Counted from the first letter of the stretch, positions 1 through 10,143 are shown. The stretch: 38,723 bases of DNA from Sulfurovum sp. (GCA_022729615.1 DZAQ01000003.1:1-38723); one strand, 5' to 3'. The notes: generated by a model not told the origin, from the sequence alone. Made by a program: numbers and translations.

Positions 1-52
1 CTTTTTATTTCCACGCAGACCTACTCGCGCAAAACTTCAAAAGAAAACAGGA

Positions 53-1348
53 CTATACCCCTGACTGAAGCAACTCTCGGACTGTCTCTCTGTCATCAAA
101 ATGGTGTTTTACCCCTTTGATCTCCTGATAATCCTCATCACCCTTGCCGAGTATCAAAAGAACTTCATTCTTTCTGAGCGCCTCAAGTGCCATTTTGATC
201 GCAACTCTTCTATCCGGTGTAGCGGTCACATTTTCTTTCCCGCGCAACCCTATAAGTATCTCCTCAAGTATCATCTCGGGAACTTCATCCCTGGGATTGT
301 CGCTTGTGACATAAATCTTTTTTGCGAAACGACCGGCGATGGCTCCCATTTTGGGGCGTTTCTCTTTGTCCCTATTGCCTCCGGCACCAAACACCACAGT
401 GATTTCTCGGTCTTTCATGCTCTCAAAAACTTTCAGCATTCCATCTTCTGTGTGTGCGAAATCGACGATTACCAATGGATTTGTACTCACAACCTCCATC
501 CGTCCCGCTACACCGCCGAAGTTTTCTACCACTTCACACACCTCTTCAACTCTTCTGCCCGTCAGCATCACGGTTGCGCCTATCGCTGCCATGAGATTTG
601 AGAGGTTAAAAAGTCCAACCATCGGAGAGTGAAATGTTGCCTCTTCACTCAAGTGCTTTATTCCTGCCGTGATGCCGTGAGTAAGCGAAAAGGCCTGTAC
701 TTTGAAGGTGGATGGCTCGTCAACTCCATAGCTTTGTGCACCCACCGGATTGTATGTGATGTTTTTAATCTCATCTTTGTTGAGCAGTTTTGGGGATCTA
801 TCCGCAAAGAAAAGACTCTTTACCCTTCTGTACTCCTCGACTGATTTGTGATAATCAAGATGATCGCTTGCGACATTGGTGTGTACTTTGAGCGCGAAAT
901 CAATCCCTTCGATCCGCTTCTGGTCAATGGCGTGAGAACTCACCTCCATGATGAAAGAGTCGCACCCCTTATCGAGTGCCATCTTCATATGGTGAAGTGT
1001 CTCTAAAATTGAAGGGGTGGTCATAGCCTTCTCTTCGAGGCGCTCCTCTAGCGCAAAAAATCCTCTTGTACCCTGAAGGGCCGGTTTTCCGCCAAGATCA
1101 AGCAAAAATGAGTAGATCGCTGCCGTTACTGTGGTTTTACCGTTTGTGCCTGTGACACCGACCACTTTGAGCCTGTCAAGCCCCCACACCTTTATAAGTT
1201 TTTCAGGTGTTATAAAATTATATTTACCTTGAAGTTTTTCAAAGTAGGGACTGTTTTGGGTCGTTTTGAGAAAAATAGTATCCGAATCTATTTGGCTCGT
1301 ATTGTCAGTCAAATATTTATAGCCATCATTTTCATACGCTAAAATCAA
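53..1348 (-). CDS. murE: UDP-N-acetylmuramoyl-L-alanyl-D-glutamate--2,6-diaminopimelate ligase (MurE)
   Basis: 431-aa ORF. Mur-ligase ATP P-loop VGVTGTNGKTT. C-terminal TSDNPRDE (DNPR motif typical of meso-DAP-adding MurE). Confidence 0.85.
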   Translation of the reverse strand: MILAYENDGYKYLTDNTSQIDSDTIFLKTTQNSPYFEKLQGKYNFITPEKLIKVWGLDRLKVVGVTGTNGKTTVTAAIYSFLLDLGGKPALQGTRGFFALEERLEEKAMTTPSILETLHHMKMALDKGCDSFIMEVSSHAIDQKRIEGIDFALKVHTNVASDHLDYHKSVEEYRRVKSLFFADRSPKLLNKDEIKNITYNPVGAQSYGVDEPSTFKVQAFSLTHGITAGIKHLSEEATFHSPMVGLFNLSNLMAAIGATVMLTGRRVEEVCEVVENFGGVAGRMEVVSTNPLVIVDFAHTEDGMLKVFESMKDREITVVFGAGGNRDKEKRPKMGAIAGRFAKKIYVTSDNPRDEVPEMILEEILIGLRGKENVTATPDRRVAIKMALEALRKNEVLLILGKGDEDYQEIKGVKHHFDDRETVRELLQSGV

Positions 1349-1923
1349 CCTTTTGCTCCCTTGAAATTGTTGTATAGTGAGTATATCTCCTGATCATCCC
1401 CAAATATCCCGGAGGCAGCATCAAGATAGCTCAAAGCCATACCTTCGTATCCCTCATTTGCCAATCGCTTCACAAAGTCAATAAAATCTTTTTTACTTGT
1501 GATTATCACCTTTGTCGAAAACATGATATCCTCAAATGCCTGCTTGAAGCTCCCTCGCGAAACGACAAGAGTCATAAAGTCTTCATACCGTATGCCATCA
1601 TTATACTCAAGCCCTTCTTGAATTGGATCTAGAAGAAGTTCTTGGAGTGTATTGTTGGTGTTATCCAATGCATGAATAAGATTATCAATGATCTCTACAG
1701 CATTCTCCTTCTCGTCCTTGATGATCTGATAATAATCAAACAAAGCTTGCGCATTTTCGGCATTTTCAAGTCCAAGATCACTCAAATAAACCCCGACTTT
1801 TGCATCGCCAAATTCAGGAAAATCATTAAGCAGCAATCCATAGCTCTGCATTGATTCCTCAAAATTTCCATTTATAAATTGCTTTTCAGCATGCTCTAGA
1901 AGTCTTACTAATTTAGAATTCAC
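1345..1923 (-). CDS. Hypothetical protein (acidic, helical-looking, one TPR-like stretch), function unknown
   Basis: 192-aa ORF with no competing ORF. It is 7 nt downstream of the Nfu-like gene, and its stop overlaps the murE start (ATGA at 1345-1348). No catalytic motif recognised. Confidence 0.65.
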   Translation of the reverse strand: MNSKLVRLLEHAEKQFINGNFEESMQSYGLLLNDFPEFGDAKVGVYLSDLGLENAENAQALFDYYQIIKDEKENAVEIIDNLIHALDNTNNTLQELLLDPIQEGLEYNDGIRYEDFMTLVVSRGSFKQAFEDIMFSTKVIITSKKDFIDFVKRLANEGYEGMALSYLDAASGIFGDDQEIYSLYNNFKGAKG

Positions 1924-1930
1924 TATCTAT

Positions 1931-2209
1931 TTATCCTAATTGATCCAATTTGTCTTCCCAGCCGATAGGGACATTGACGACGACTAATTCTGGGTGAATC
2001 ATCTCTTTCATCTGCTTTTCCACACCATATTTGAGTGTTGTGCCGCTACTTGCACAGCCTATACAAGCGCCTTGCAGTTGCACAAAAATTCTTCCACTCT
2101 TGATAGCAACCAACTTGATATCACCTCCATCAAGTTTGATAGATGGACGAACCCTCTCTATCACACTCTCTACAGCCGGTTTTAAATCTTCATCACTAAA
2201 CGGGATCAT
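1931..2209 (-). CDS. NifU C-terminal-domain (Nfu-type) Fe-S cluster protein
   Basis: 92 aa. GGDIKLV...LQGACIGCASSGTTLKYGVE carries the CxxC of the Nfu/NifU C-terminal domain. AAGGAG lies 4 nt upstream of the ATG. Confidence 0.85.
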   Translation of the reverse strand: MIPFSDEDLKPAVESVIERVRPSIKLDGGDIKLVAIKSGRIFVQLQGACIGCASSGTTLKYGVEKQMKEMIHPELVVVNVPIGWEDKLDQLG

Positions 2210-2249
2210 TTGACTCCTTCTTCACAAAAACTCTCTATAAGTTATTTTA

Positions 2250-2278
2250 TATATACAATAAAATAGGGATATTGTCAA
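2250..2278 (-). promoter_or_regulatory. sigma70-type promoter for the Nfu-hypothetical-murE operon
   Basis: Minus strand reads TTGACA (2278-2273), exactly 17 nt, then TATATA (2255-2250), about 40 nt upstream of the ATG at 2209. Confidence 0.5.
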
Positions 2279-2329
2279 GCATTTTCATTTGTGTCTGATT
2301 GTAACTGATAGTAGATTTATAAAATGTAT

Positions 2330-2347
2330 TCAAGGCAAGCGCCTTAA
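2330..2347 (-). terminator. Possible terminator hairpin after rplQ
   Basis: Minus-strand RNA UUAAGGC-GCUU-GCCUUGA: a 7-bp stem including one G.U, 17 nt after the rplQ stop. The U-rich tract starts only after a short gap, so this is weak. Confidence 0.3.
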
Positions 2348-2363
2348 ATATCAATTGAACCGA

Positions 2364-2714
2364 TTAGACCAGTTCAATAATTGCCATAGGCGCTGCATCG
2401 CCCTTGCGCAATCGTGTCTTAATGATACGAGTGTATCCACCATTTCTCTCTGCATACTTTGGAGCAATCTCAGTCACCATCTTGTTTGTGCATGCTTTGT
2501 CTTGAAGCATTGCAAAGATAGCTCTGTGCGAATTGGCATCATTTGCAGAGGCCTTTGTAATCAACTTCTCAAAATAACTTCTTAGCTCTTTTGCCTTTGG
2601 AAGAGTGGTCTCAATTTTGCTCTCGTTAATCAAAGCAATAGAGAGGTTCTTTAAAAGCGCGGCTCTATGAGAAGAAGTTCTCGTAAGTTTACGATATCCG
2701 TGTCTATGTCTCAT
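2364..2714 (-). CDS. rplQ: 50S ribosomal protein L17
   Basis: 116 aa starting [17 protein letters not shown]. Last gene of the alpha operon, after rpoA. Confidence 0.95.
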   Translation of the reverse strand: MRHRHGYRKLTRTSSHRAALLKNLSIALINESKIETTLPKAKELRSYFEKLITKASANDANSHRAIFAMLQDKACTNKMVTEIAPKYAERNGGYTRIIKTRLRKGDAAPMAIIELV

Positions 2715-2724
2715 TGAGATTCCT

Positions 2725-3723
2725 TTATTGTTTTAGTTTTTCAATTTTTTTTACAAGATTTGCTCTTGTGGTATCACCAAGTTCATACTCGGCACCATAA
2801 CCCATCTCGTCAAGTTTCTCATTGATCTCGTCAAATGATTTTTTACCAAGATTCTTGACCTCTTTGAGCTCTTTTTCACCCATAAGAACCAATTCGCCAA
2901 GGTATTTTATCCCTGACCTGTCAAGCGAATTAAAACTTCTTGCGCTCAGTCCCAGTGAATCAACGCCCACTATAAATGGTTTTAATTCTCCATCTTTGGC
3001 AGAACTGACTCTTCCGGAGTCTATGGCAACATCAAGGACGCCGTTAAAAACAGAGAGCTGCTTATGCATGGTTGCCAAAGCATTACTGAAGGCTTCAATA
3101 GGTTCAATTTGGCTATTGGTTACTATATCAAATGTAATTTTCTCATAGTTTGGATTATCCTCAACCAATATTGGCTCGATCTTATAATTCGCCTTTCTTA
3201 CCGGTGTAAAAAATGCATCCAATGCGATACTGTCACTGTCGACTTCGCTTTGAAGATCTTCGCTCGGAACATAGCCGATACCTCTAGTAATGACGACTGT
3301 AAAATTTAATTCTGCATCCTCATTGAGTGTTGCCAAATGTAAATCTCCATTTACAACTTCAATCTTGTTATTATTTAAATCCTGAGCTTTTACCTCTTTG
3401 TGTCCCGTAAAAGAGTAGTTGACCTCAACACGCTCGCTCTCATCTTTTATCTTGAAGTGAATATTCTTCAAATTGATGATAAAGACGGCAACATCTTCGT
3501 GCATACCTCTTAGATTGTCAAATTCATGAGATGCACCTTCTATCTTGACAGATATCGGTGCATACCCTATTGAACTGCTCAAGATAAGTCTTCTTAAAGG
3601 ATGTGCGAGCGTCACTGCGTAACCGCTCTCAAAAGGGTAAGCGATTATCTCAGCCCTGTTTGCACTTAATTCTCTTACTTCCACTTCAGTTGGCATAAAT
3701 GGCGCAATTTTTATTTTTTTCAT
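2725..3723 (-). CDS. rpoA: DNA-directed RNA polymerase subunit alpha
   Basis: 332 aa. N-terminal assembly domain and a C-terminal helix-hairpin-helix domain ([21 protein letters not shown]). Lies between rpsD and rplQ. Confidence 0.95.
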   Translation of the reverse strand: MKKIKIAPFMPTEVEVRELSANRAEIIAYPFESGYAVTLAHPLRRLILSSSIGYAPISVKIEGASHEFDNLRGMHEDVAVFIINLKNIHFKIKDESERVEVNYSFTGHKEVKAQDLNNNKIEVVNGDLHLATLNEDAELNFTVVITRGIGYVPSEDLQSEVDSDSIALDAFFTPVRKANYKIEPILVEDNPNYEKITFDIVTNSQIEPIEAFSNALATMHKQLSVFNGVLDVAIDSGRVSSAKDGELKPFIVGVDSLGLSARSFNSLDRSGIKYLGELVLMGEKELKEVKNLGKKSFDEINEKLDEMGYGAEYELGDTTRANLVKKIEKLKQ

Positions 3724-3743
3724 TGGCGTACCCCTTTCAGTGA

Positions 3744-4370
3744 TTATTTAGAGTAAAGTTCTACGATAAGTCTCTCTTCGATTGGAATAGAAACATCCTC
3801 TCTTTCGGGCACTCTTGAGAAGATACCAAATAGCTTCTCTTTATCGACATCAACCCAATCAACCAAACCTGTTTGATTTGTCAACTCCATGCTTCTTACA
3901 ATTTGGGGATTATTTTTGCTTTTTTCTCTTATTTCAACTTTTTGTCCGGCTTTGATTCTGCAAGATGGGATATTTACTTTTTTCCCATCCAGAAGAATGT
4001 GACCATGTGAAACAAACTGTCGAGCCGATGCTCTTGTAGTTGCAAATCCCATTCTATAAACAACATTATCCAATCTCTGTTCAAGCAATTGAACTAAGAT
4101 ATTCCCTGTATTTCCCTCTTTTCTGTTCGCTTCAATATAGAGTGATCTAAATTGTTTTTCGCTAATTCCATACATGAATTTAGCTTTTTGTTTCTCTCTA
4201 AGCTGCAATCCGTATTCACTGATTTTCGATCTTCTCTGCCCGTGCTGTCCTGGTGCATAAGGTCTCTTTTCGAGCGCGCTTTTGCCGGCAAGTCTTCTCT
4301 CGCCTTTCAAACCAAGATCAACACCAAGTCTTCTTTCTAGCTTCTCAACCGGACCTGTATATCTTGCCAT
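3744..4370 (-). CDS. rpsD: 30S ribosomal protein S4
   Basis: 208 aa starting [19 protein letters not shown], with a C-terminal S4 RNA-binding domain. Confidence 0.95.
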   Translation of the reverse strand: MARYTGPVEKLERRLGVDLGLKGERRLAGKSALEKRPYAPGQHGQRRSKISEYGLQLREKQKAKFMYGISEKQFRSLYIEANRKEGNTGNILVQLLEQRLDNVVYRMGFATTRASARQFVSHGHILLDGKKVNIPSCRIKAGQKVEIREKSKNNPQIVRSMELTNQTGLVDWVDVDKEKLFGIFSRVPEREDVSIPIEERLIVELYSK

Positions 4371-4446
4371 CTGTTAAAACCTTTATATATTTTTCTTTAT
4401 TGTCAATCGGCATTGAAAAAATTAATTTTCAATAACCACTAAAAAC

Positions 4447-4821
4447 TTATACTCTTCTCGCTTTTGGAGGTCTGCAGCCATTGTGCGGAAGCGGTGTGAT
4501 GTCTTTGATAAAAGAGACACGAATTCCCTCTATAGCGCCAACTGCTTTTACTGCTGTATCTCTGCCGGAGCCAGGTCCTTGTACTTTGATACCAACCTCT
4601 TTGACCCCATTCTCTTTGGCTTTTGCCAACGCATCAGCTACTGCCTCTGTTGCTGCAAACGGAGTAGATTTCTTGCTTCCCTTGAAACCAAGAGCGCCTG
4701 CACTGCTCCAAGATATAACATTGCCCATCTCGTCTGTAACCGTTATAACAGTGTTGTTAAATGTGGCTGCTATATAGACAATGCCTTTGGCAATACTCTT
4801 TTTTACTTTTTTCTTCGCCAT
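4447..4821 (-). CDS. rpsK: 30S ribosomal protein S11
   Basis: 124 aa, ...[18 protein letters not shown]...[12 protein letters not shown]. Confidence 0.95.
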   Translation of the reverse strand: MAKKKVKKSIAKGIVYIAATFNNTVITVTDEMGNVISWSSAGALGFKGSKKSTPFAATEAVADALAKAKENGVKEVGIKVQGPGSGRDTAVKAVGAIEGIRVSFIKDITPLPHNGCRPPKARRV

Positions 4822-4836
4822 TTATCCTGCTCCTGC

Positions 4837-5199
4837 TTATGCCGCGCCAACGGTTTTTCTTTTACCTTTGCGAGTTCTTGCATTGGTTTTTGTTTTTTGC
4901 CCTCTTACCGGAAGACCTTTTCTATGTCTGAGACCTCTGTAGCTGCCAAGATCCATCAAGTTTTTGATATTCATGGCAACCTCTTTTCTCAAGTCACCCT
5001 CAACCATATACTTATCTTGGATCTCTTTACGAATAATCGCTGCTTCGGCATCACTCAATTCAAAGACTCTCTTGTTGTAATCAATACCGGTTACATCAAG
5101 AATTTTTCTTGATGTATGTAAGCCAATACCAAAAATGTATGTGAGCGCATACTCCATTCTCTTTTTTTTAGGTAAATCAACACCTGCTATACGAGCCAT
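4837..5199 (-). CDS. rpsM: 30S ribosomal protein S13
   Basis: 120 aa starting [26 protein letters not shown]. Confidence 0.95.
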   Translation of the reverse strand: MARIAGVDLPKKKRMEYALTYIFGIGLHTSRKILDVTGIDYNKRVFELSDAEAAIIRKEIQDKYMVEGDLRKEVAMNIKNLMDLGSYRGLRHRKGLPVRGQKTKTNARTRKGKRKTVGAA

Positions 5200-5201
5200 A
5201 T

Positions 5202-5315
5202 TTATCCTTGTCTCTGTTTATGTTTTGGATCTTTACAAATCACGCGTACTATACCTTTGCGTTTGATGATCTTGCAATCATCGCACATCTTTTTGACCGA
5301 TGGTCTAACCTTCAT
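5202..5315 (-). CDS. rpmJ: 50S ribosomal protein L36 (zinc-binding type)
   Basis: Not in the ORF track (below its length cutoff). Hand translation of the minus strand gives [37 protein letters not shown] plus TAA. The stop lies 2 nt upstream of the rpsM ATG. Confidence 0.9.
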   Translation of the reverse strand: MKVRPSVKKMCDDCKIIKRKGIVRVICKDPKHKQRQG

Positions 5316-5467
5316 GATCGTCTCCTGTCTTAAAATTGCACTTTTTTGGACTATTGAACCGTCCTATTATTGTGCGGAGTGCTGAGTTGATGCCCTCCGA
5401 TCCTTGTATATTCAGTGCATATATACAAAGTTCCTTCACACAGTCCCATACCAAATTAGAGTTTGGG
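5316..5467 (-). promoter_or_regulatory. Long structured 5' leader of the rpmJ-rpsM-rpsK-rpsD-rpoA-rplQ transcript (candidate regulatory RNA)
   Basis: Three hairpins are readable on the minus-strand RNA. (1) 5451-5466: CCAAA/UUUGG. (2) 5402-5430: 10-bp stem CUUUGUAUAU/AUAUACAAGG with a 9-nt loop. (3) 5375-5399: 8-position stem CGGAGGGC/GCACUCCG with one mismatch and a 9-nt loop. Confidence 0.4.
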
Positions 5468-5473
5468 GTCGCA

Positions 5474-5482
5474 ATTATATCA
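5474..5482 (-). promoter_or_regulatory. Extended -10 promoter (TGATATAAT) for the alpha-operon genes
   Basis: Minus strand reads TTTTTGATATAAT, 17 nt downstream of the infA stop and about 160 nt upstream of the rpmJ ATG. Confidence 0.5.
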
Positions 5483-5498
5483 AAAATAAAATAAAATT

Positions 5499-5717
5499 TT
5501 ACTTATATCTAAAGGTAATTCTCCCTTTGTCCAAACTATATGGGGTCAGTTCCACCTTTACCTTGTCTCCCGGGAGTATTTTTATGTAGTGCATTCTCAT
5601 TTTGCCGGCTATATGGCAAAGCACTATGTGTTTATTATCAAGCTCTACTCTAAATGTTGCATTAGGCAGCGCTTCGATCACCTTTCCGTCAATCTCTATG
5701 ACATCATCTTTTGCCAT
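5499..5717 (-). CDS. infA: Translation initiation factor IF-1
   Basis: 72 aa, [26 protein letters not shown]...GRITFRYK (S1-like OB fold). Confidence 0.95.
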   Translation of the reverse strand: MAKDDVIEIDGKVIEALPNATFRVELDNKHIVLCHIAGKMRMHYIKILPGDKVKVELTPYSLDKGRITFRYK

Positions 5718-5743
5718 TTACATTCCTTTTGTTTTGTTATGCG

Positions 5744-6499
5744 CTAAGGCAAAGTTAAGATGGCAGCCCGACCATCTATGACTGCTACTTGATGCTCATA
5801 GTGGCTTGTCCGCAATCCATCATCGCTCAAAACCGACCACTTATCATCCTTGATGAGCGGATTGCCGCTTTTTTGGCATACCATCGGCTCAAGGCAGAAT
5901 ACCATCCCGTTTTTAATCTTAGATCCCTGCTTTGGCTTGCCCTCAAGATAGTTCGGGATATTTGGCTCCTCGTGCGGTCTCGACCCTATTCCGTGTCCGC
6001 AATAATCGCGAAGCGGAACAAAACCGGCATCTCGTATAAACTTCTCAAGAATAAAGCTCAATTCTTTAAAATGCATTTCGGCTTTTATGGATTTGATTGT
6101 ATGAAAGAGTGCATTTTTAGAGCATGAGATCAAAGCCTCATCCTCTCGGCTTACCTCTCCGATAGGAATAGTCACCGCGGCATCGCCATAGTATCCATCA
6201 AGCTTCACGCCGATATCGAGACCCAGAATATCACCATTTTGGATCCTTTGATCGGTTGGAACACCATGGATGCAAACCTCATTGAGCGAAGTACAGACAG
6301 AGCCGCTAAAACCATAGAGTCCTTTAAATGAAGGGATGGCTCCTTGTGAATGGATAAACTCTTCCCCCATCTTGTCAATCTCCAAGAGTGTCATACCCGG
6401 ATGGATATTATTCTGAAGGTATTCCAGTGTCAACCCGACAATTTTGCCGGCTCTTCGGAGCTTCTCTATCTCATCGGGTCTTCTGATGGGAATAGCCAT
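5744..6499 (-). CDS. map: Type I methionine aminopeptidase
   Basis: 251 aa. Metal-ligand blocks DIGVKLDGYYGD, CGHGIGSRPHEEP and FCLEPM. The start overlaps the secY stop by 1 nt. Confidence 0.92.
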   Translation of the reverse strand: MAIPIRRPDEIEKLRRAGKIVGLTLEYLQNNIHPGMTLLEIDKMGEEFIHSQGAIPSFKGLYGFSGSVCTSLNEVCIHGVPTDQRIQNGDILGLDIGVKLDGYYGDAAVTIPIGEVSREDEALISCSKNALFHTIKSIKAEMHFKELSFILEKFIRDAGFVPLRDYCGHGIGSRPHEEPNIPNYLEGKPKQGSKIKNGMVFCLEPMVCQKSGNPLIKDDKWSVLSDDGLRTSHYEHQVAVIDGRAAILTLP

Positions 6500-7761
6500 T
6501 AAAGTCCCACATTTCCTAGTGCATTGTATTGATTCATTGTTCTTTGAGCCTCGACTTTACGCATTGTATCCAGTGCCACCTGCACGACTATCAATACTGA
6601 GGTTCCGCCAAAATAGAAACTTGCTCCCAAAGAGTTGATAAAGATAAACGGAACCGTAGAGATGATACCCAAATAGAGCGATCCTGAAGCTGTCAATCTG
6701 CTTGCAACCTCATTGAGAAACTCTTTTGTATGCTCTCCGGGTCTTACGCCGGGGATAAATCCGCCCTGTCGTTTCAAATTTTCAGAGATATCTTTCGCAT
6801 TGAATGCGATAGATGCATAAAAAAATGCAAAAAAGATAACAAGCAAAAAGGTCAATACATTGAAAACTATACCGCCAGGAGCAAGTATATCTGCTATTTT
6901 TGTCACGATAGAATTGCTGCTTGACTGAAGCATAGTCAAAGGAAACATCAAAATCGCGGATGCGAAAATTGGCGGAATGACGCCTGAAAGATTTATCTTC
7001 ACAGGAATATAGTTCATCACTCTTCTATGCTGATTTTGGATTATAGTTTTCCTTGAATAGGAGATGGGAACTCTTCGTTCTCCTAATTCTATATAGATAA
7101 TGATAAAAATGGTCAGCAGCATGATCGCAAATATTGCCAAGACTGCAAGAAAGTTCATCTCCCCTGCATTCACAGCCCTGATAGTATTTGATATCGCCGA
7201 GGGAATTCCCGAAACAATTCCCGCAAAGATGATCAGCGATATACCGTTTCCGATCCCTTTTTGGGTGATCTGCTCTCCTATCCACATCAAAAGCATTGTT
7301 CCGGCAAGCATAGAGAATACTGCGATAACCGTAAATATTGTAGGATCTATCATCACGGCACTTGCGCCATTTTTGCCGGTCATACTTTGGAGTCCCATCG
7401 AAACACCAACTGCCTGCACCACAGTAATGAAAATAGTAGCATAGCGGATGATCTGCATATATTTTTGCATACCGTCTCGTTCTTTTTTCATTTGACCAAG
7501 CGTAGGAAATGTGGCTGCTAGAAGTTCCATAACGATAGATGCTGTTATGTAGGGCATAATGCCGAGGGAGATGATACTGAGTCTGCTTATAGCTTCACCG
7601 CTAAACATATTAGCCAACCCCAAGGCGTTGTTGGTATTGTTATCAAAAAACTCTTTGATAACACCCAAATCAACACCCGGAGTCGGGATATAGGCTAAAA
7701 CTCTATAAACAAAAAGAAATCCCAATGTGATCAGGATCTTTTGAGTTAAGGCATTACCCAT
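6499..7761 (-). CDS. secY: Preprotein translocase subunit SecY
   Basis: Multi-TM protein with SLGIMPYITASIVMELL. The start is moved to the internal ATG at 7761 (MGNALTQKIL...), which sits 1 nt after the rplO stop. The 22-codon upstream extension in the ORF track overlaps rplO. Confidence 0.9.
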   Translation of the reverse strand: MGNALTQKILITLGFLFVYRVLAYIPTPGVDLGVIKEFFDNNTNNALGLANMFSGEAISRLSIISLGIMPYITASIVMELLAATFPTLGQMKKERDGMQKYMQIIRYATIFITVVQAVGVSMGLQSMTGKNGASAVMIDPTIFTVIAVFSMLAGTMLLMWIGEQITQKGIGNGISLIIFAGIVSGIPSAISNTIRAVNAGEMNFLAVLAIFAIMLLTIFIIIYIELGERRVPISYSRKTIIQNQHRRVMNYIPVKINLSGVIPPIFASAILMFPLTMLQSSSNSIVTKIADILAPGGIVFNVLTFLLVIFFAFFYASIAFNAKDISENLKRQGGFIPGVRPGEHTKEFLNEVASRLTASGSLYLGIISTVPFIFINSLGASFYFGGTSVLIVVQVALDTMRKVEAQRTMNQYNALGNVGL

Positions 7762-7762
7762 A

Positions 7763-8161
7763 TTATTTTCCGCTTGTTGTAACGGCTTCGTCTTTGATTT
7801 TTGATGCAAGCTCTTTCGCGCTGGCACCGATCAATTTCACTCTTTTCACATCTTTTCCAAGCTTGTGAACACCTTTGATACTCTCAAGTGTGATCTCTTC
7901 AAGCTGAGCAATTGATGTGATTCTTTCGACATTGATGACATATGGCTTCTCAACACGAGATGTAAATCCAACTTTAGGCAAACGCTTATAAAGTGGCTGC
8001 TGACCGCCTTCGAAACCTCTTTTTTTATTGTAACCGGACCTTGCCTTCTGACCCTTGTTTCCTTTTCCGGCAGTCTTGCCTTGTCCAGAACCTTGTCCGC
8101 GACCAAGTCTCTTTGTCTCTCTTGTTGAACCGGGAGCCGGTTGTAAATTATGTAGTGACAT
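7763..8161 (-). CDS. rplO: 50S ribosomal protein L15
   Basis: 132 aa, [34 protein letters not shown]. Confidence 0.95.
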   Translation of the reverse strand: MSLHNLQPAPGSTRETKRLGRGQGSGQGKTAGKGNKGQKARSGYNKKRGFEGGQQPLYKRLPKVGFTSRVEKPYVINVERITSIAQLEEITLESIKGVHKLGKDVKRVKLIGASAKELASKIKDEAVTTSGK

Positions 8162-8171
8162 ACCCTACTCC

Positions 8172-8615
8172 TTAAGATTTTACTCTTGAGAGCGCTTGAA
8201 TAGTAGCTCTCACGAGATTGTTCGGGTTGTTCGAACCAATTGATTTTGTAAGGATATCTTTTATCCCCGCAAGTTCGATAACCGGTCGTGCCGCACCACC
8301 TGCAATAACCCCGGTACCTTCACTTGCCGGTCTTAGAAGCACTCTGCTTGCATTGAATTTATGCTCAATATCGTGCGCGATTGTTGAACCTTTGATATTT
8401 ATTTTCACTAGGTTCTTGAATGCGTCGTCAACCGCTTTTTTGATGGCATCCGGAACCTCTTTTGCTTTTCCAAAACCATATCCTACTGTCCCTTTTTTAT
8501 CACCGATAACGACAAGGGCTGTAAATCTAAATCTTCTTCCGCCTTTAACAACTTTCGTAACACGACCGATGTTGACGATCGCCTCTTCAAAATCTTCTCT
8601 ATTTATATTTTCCAT
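8172..8615 (-). CDS. rpsE: 30S ribosomal protein S5
   Basis: 147 aa, ...[24 protein letters not shown]... Confidence 0.95.
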   Translation of the reverse strand: MENINREDFEEAIVNIGRVTKVVKGGRRFRFTALVVIGDKKGTVGYGFGKAKEVPDAIKKAVDDAFKNLVKINIKGSTIAHDIEHKFNASRVLLRPASEGTGVIAGGAARPVIELAGIKDILTKSIGSNNPNNLVRATIQALSRVKS

Positions 8616-8624
8616 CTAGTTTCC

Positions 8625-8981
8625 TTAAAACTTAATACCGGCATCTCTGAGCGCATCTGCAAAAGATGCAACCACGCCATGATACAGATATCCATTTCTA
8701 TCAAAAACAACTGTATCAATATTTTTTGATGCAAGATTTTTACCAAGTTCCTGGGCTATCTTTTTTACATCTTCTCGATTGACGCCAACACCTATTTTTT
8801 TACCATCGGCTGCAGCAAGTGTGCTTCCGCTGGCATCATCAATTACCTGCGCATAGAAATACTTATTTGACTTAAATACTGTCAGTCTTGGCTTCTCTTG
8901 AGTTCCAGATATTTTGCCCCTGATTCTCGCTTTTCTTTGAGCTTGTAGTTTATTTTTTCTCTTTTGAATACTTTTTAACAT
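8625..8981 (-). CDS. rplR: 50S ribosomal protein L18
   Basis: 118 aa, ...PRLTVFKSNKYFYAQVIDD...FDRNGYLYHGVV... Confidence 0.95.
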   Translation of the reverse strand: MLKSIQKRKNKLQAQRKARIRGKISGTQEKPRLTVFKSNKYFYAQVIDDASGSTLAAADGKKIGVGVNREDVKKIAQELGKNLASKNIDTVVFDRNGYLYHGVVASFADALRDAGIKF

Positions 8982-8992
8982 CTACTTACTCC

Positions 8993-9535
8993 TTACTTTT
9001 TCTTACCGGATGATTTACCGGCTTTTCTGAGTACGACTTCACCGCTGTATCGAATTCCCTTGCCTTTGTATGGCTCAACTGCTCTAAATTCTCTGATTTT
9101 AGCTGCAACTTGACCTACAACTTGCTTGTCGCTGCCGCTGATCACGATAGTATTTTTATCGACTTTGACCTCAATTCCCTCAGGAACATCAAATTTGATA
9201 TCATGAGAGTATCCCAATTGAAGGGTCAATACATCTCCTTGGATTGCAGCTCTGTAACCAACCCCATTGATCTCCAAAGTCTTTGAAAATCCTTTGTCAA
9301 GACCAACCATGATGTTGCTGAAAAGCGCTCGATAAGTTCCCCAAAATGCAGATCCCTCTTTGGTTTCTGCCACTTTTGAAAAAGTAACCTCTTTCTCTTC
9401 TATATTGATTCCCACTCTGCCGTGAGTCTCCAATCTTTTTTCCAAATTGCCTTTTTTGGCAATAATTATCGTACCGTCAACAGAGACCGCTACGCCATTT
9501 GTAATGGCAACAGGTAGTTTTCCTACTCTAGACAT
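8993..9535 (-). CDS. rplF: 50S ribosomal protein L6
   Basis: 180 aa, [15 protein letters not shown]..., two-domain L6 pattern. Position in the spc order supports the call. Confidence 0.95.
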   Translation of the reverse strand: MSRVGKLPVAITNGVAVSVDGTIIIAKKGNLEKRLETHGRVGINIEEKEVTFSKVAETKEGSAFWGTYRALFSNIMVGLDKGFSKTLEINGVGYRAAIQGDVLTLQLGYSHDIKFDVPEGIEVKVDKNTIVISGSDKQVVGQVAAKIREFRAVEPYKGKGIRYSGEVVLRKAGKSSGKKK

Positions 9536-9546
9536 AAACTTCCTCC

Positions 9547-9942
9547 TTACCAGATACTACAAATAACTTCGCCGCCAATGCCGCGCTTATAAGCTTCATC
9601 ATTTGGAAGCACACCTTGACTGGTTGAAACAACAAGTGTTCCATAGCCATTTTTGAAAACTTTGATTGTATCTTTGCCTTGGTGAACGCGTCGTCCCGGC
9701 TTTGATATTTTTTTGATCTCATTGATAGTGCTATGACCATTTTCGTCATACTTGAGCACTACTTTTATGGTTTTTTTATTCCCGTCTTCTTTGACTTTAT
9801 AGCTCTCAAGATACCCTTTATCTACTAATATTGAAACTATTGATTCAATATTATTTGAGTGCAAAAGCACAGTTGTGTCCAATCTTCTTTGTGCAGCATT
9901 TCTTACGCGAGTAAGAGAGTCTGCAATAATATCTGTCATCAT
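9547..9942 (-). CDS. rpsH: 30S ribosomal protein S8
   Basis: 131 aa, [16 protein letters not shown]... Confidence 0.95.
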   Translation of the reverse strand: MMTDIIADSLTRVRNAAQRRLDTTVLLHSNNIESIVSILVDKGYLESYKVKEDGNKKTIKVVLKYDENGHSTINEIKKISKPGRRVHQGKDTIKVFKNGYGTLVVSTSQGVLPNDEAYKRGIGGEVICSIW

Positions 9943-9957
9943 CTATTTACTCCTTGA

Positions 9958-10143
9958 TTACCAGCTTGCTTTACGCATGCCTGGGATTTGACCCTCATTG
10001 GCCATTTTTCTTAAACATATACGGCAGATACCAAAATCTTGATATACCGAGTGTGGTCTTCCGCAAATTGAACATCTTGTATAGGCTCTTACAGCAAATT
10101 TTGGCTTTTGCTGCTGCTTATTGATCATAGATTTTTTGGCCAT
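9958..10143 (-). CDS. rpsZ: 30S ribosomal protein S14, short zinc-ribbon (type Z) form
   Basis: 61 aa with [22 protein letters not shown] (CxxC...CxxC). Confidence 0.95.
   Translation of the reverse strand: MAKKSMINKQQQKPKFAVRAYTRCSICGRPHSVYQDFGICRICLRKMANEGQIPGMRKASW

Noticed and set aside
4413-4432. An AT-only hairpin, TTGAAAA-aattaa-TTTTCAA, in the rpsK-rpsD spacer, next to a TTGACA hexamer.
   Set aside because: The stem is 7 bp, contains a single G-C pair and would be very weak. No -10 element sits at a correct distance from the TTGACA. Chance in AT-rich spacer is the likelier explanation.
7762-7827. N-terminal extensions of ORF-track models: secY 7762-7827, rpmC 11746-11799, gltA 30367-30423, nrdA 34111-34134, the I-like pseudopilin 21573-21617, rplX 10927-10932 and rpsJ 16123-16125.
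   Set aside because: The extensions overlap the upstream gene or start at non-ATG codons. Internal ATG or TTG codons with properly spaced SD sequences reproduce the expected family N-termini.
7762-8171. rpmD (L30) is missing between rpsE and rplO, and adk is missing between secY and map.
   Set aside because: The gaps are only 10 nt and a 1-nt overlap respectively, so nothing is hidden there. To my knowledge the absence of L30 and of adk at this position is normal for Campylobacter and Helicobacter-type genomes. It is a lineage marker, not an anomaly.
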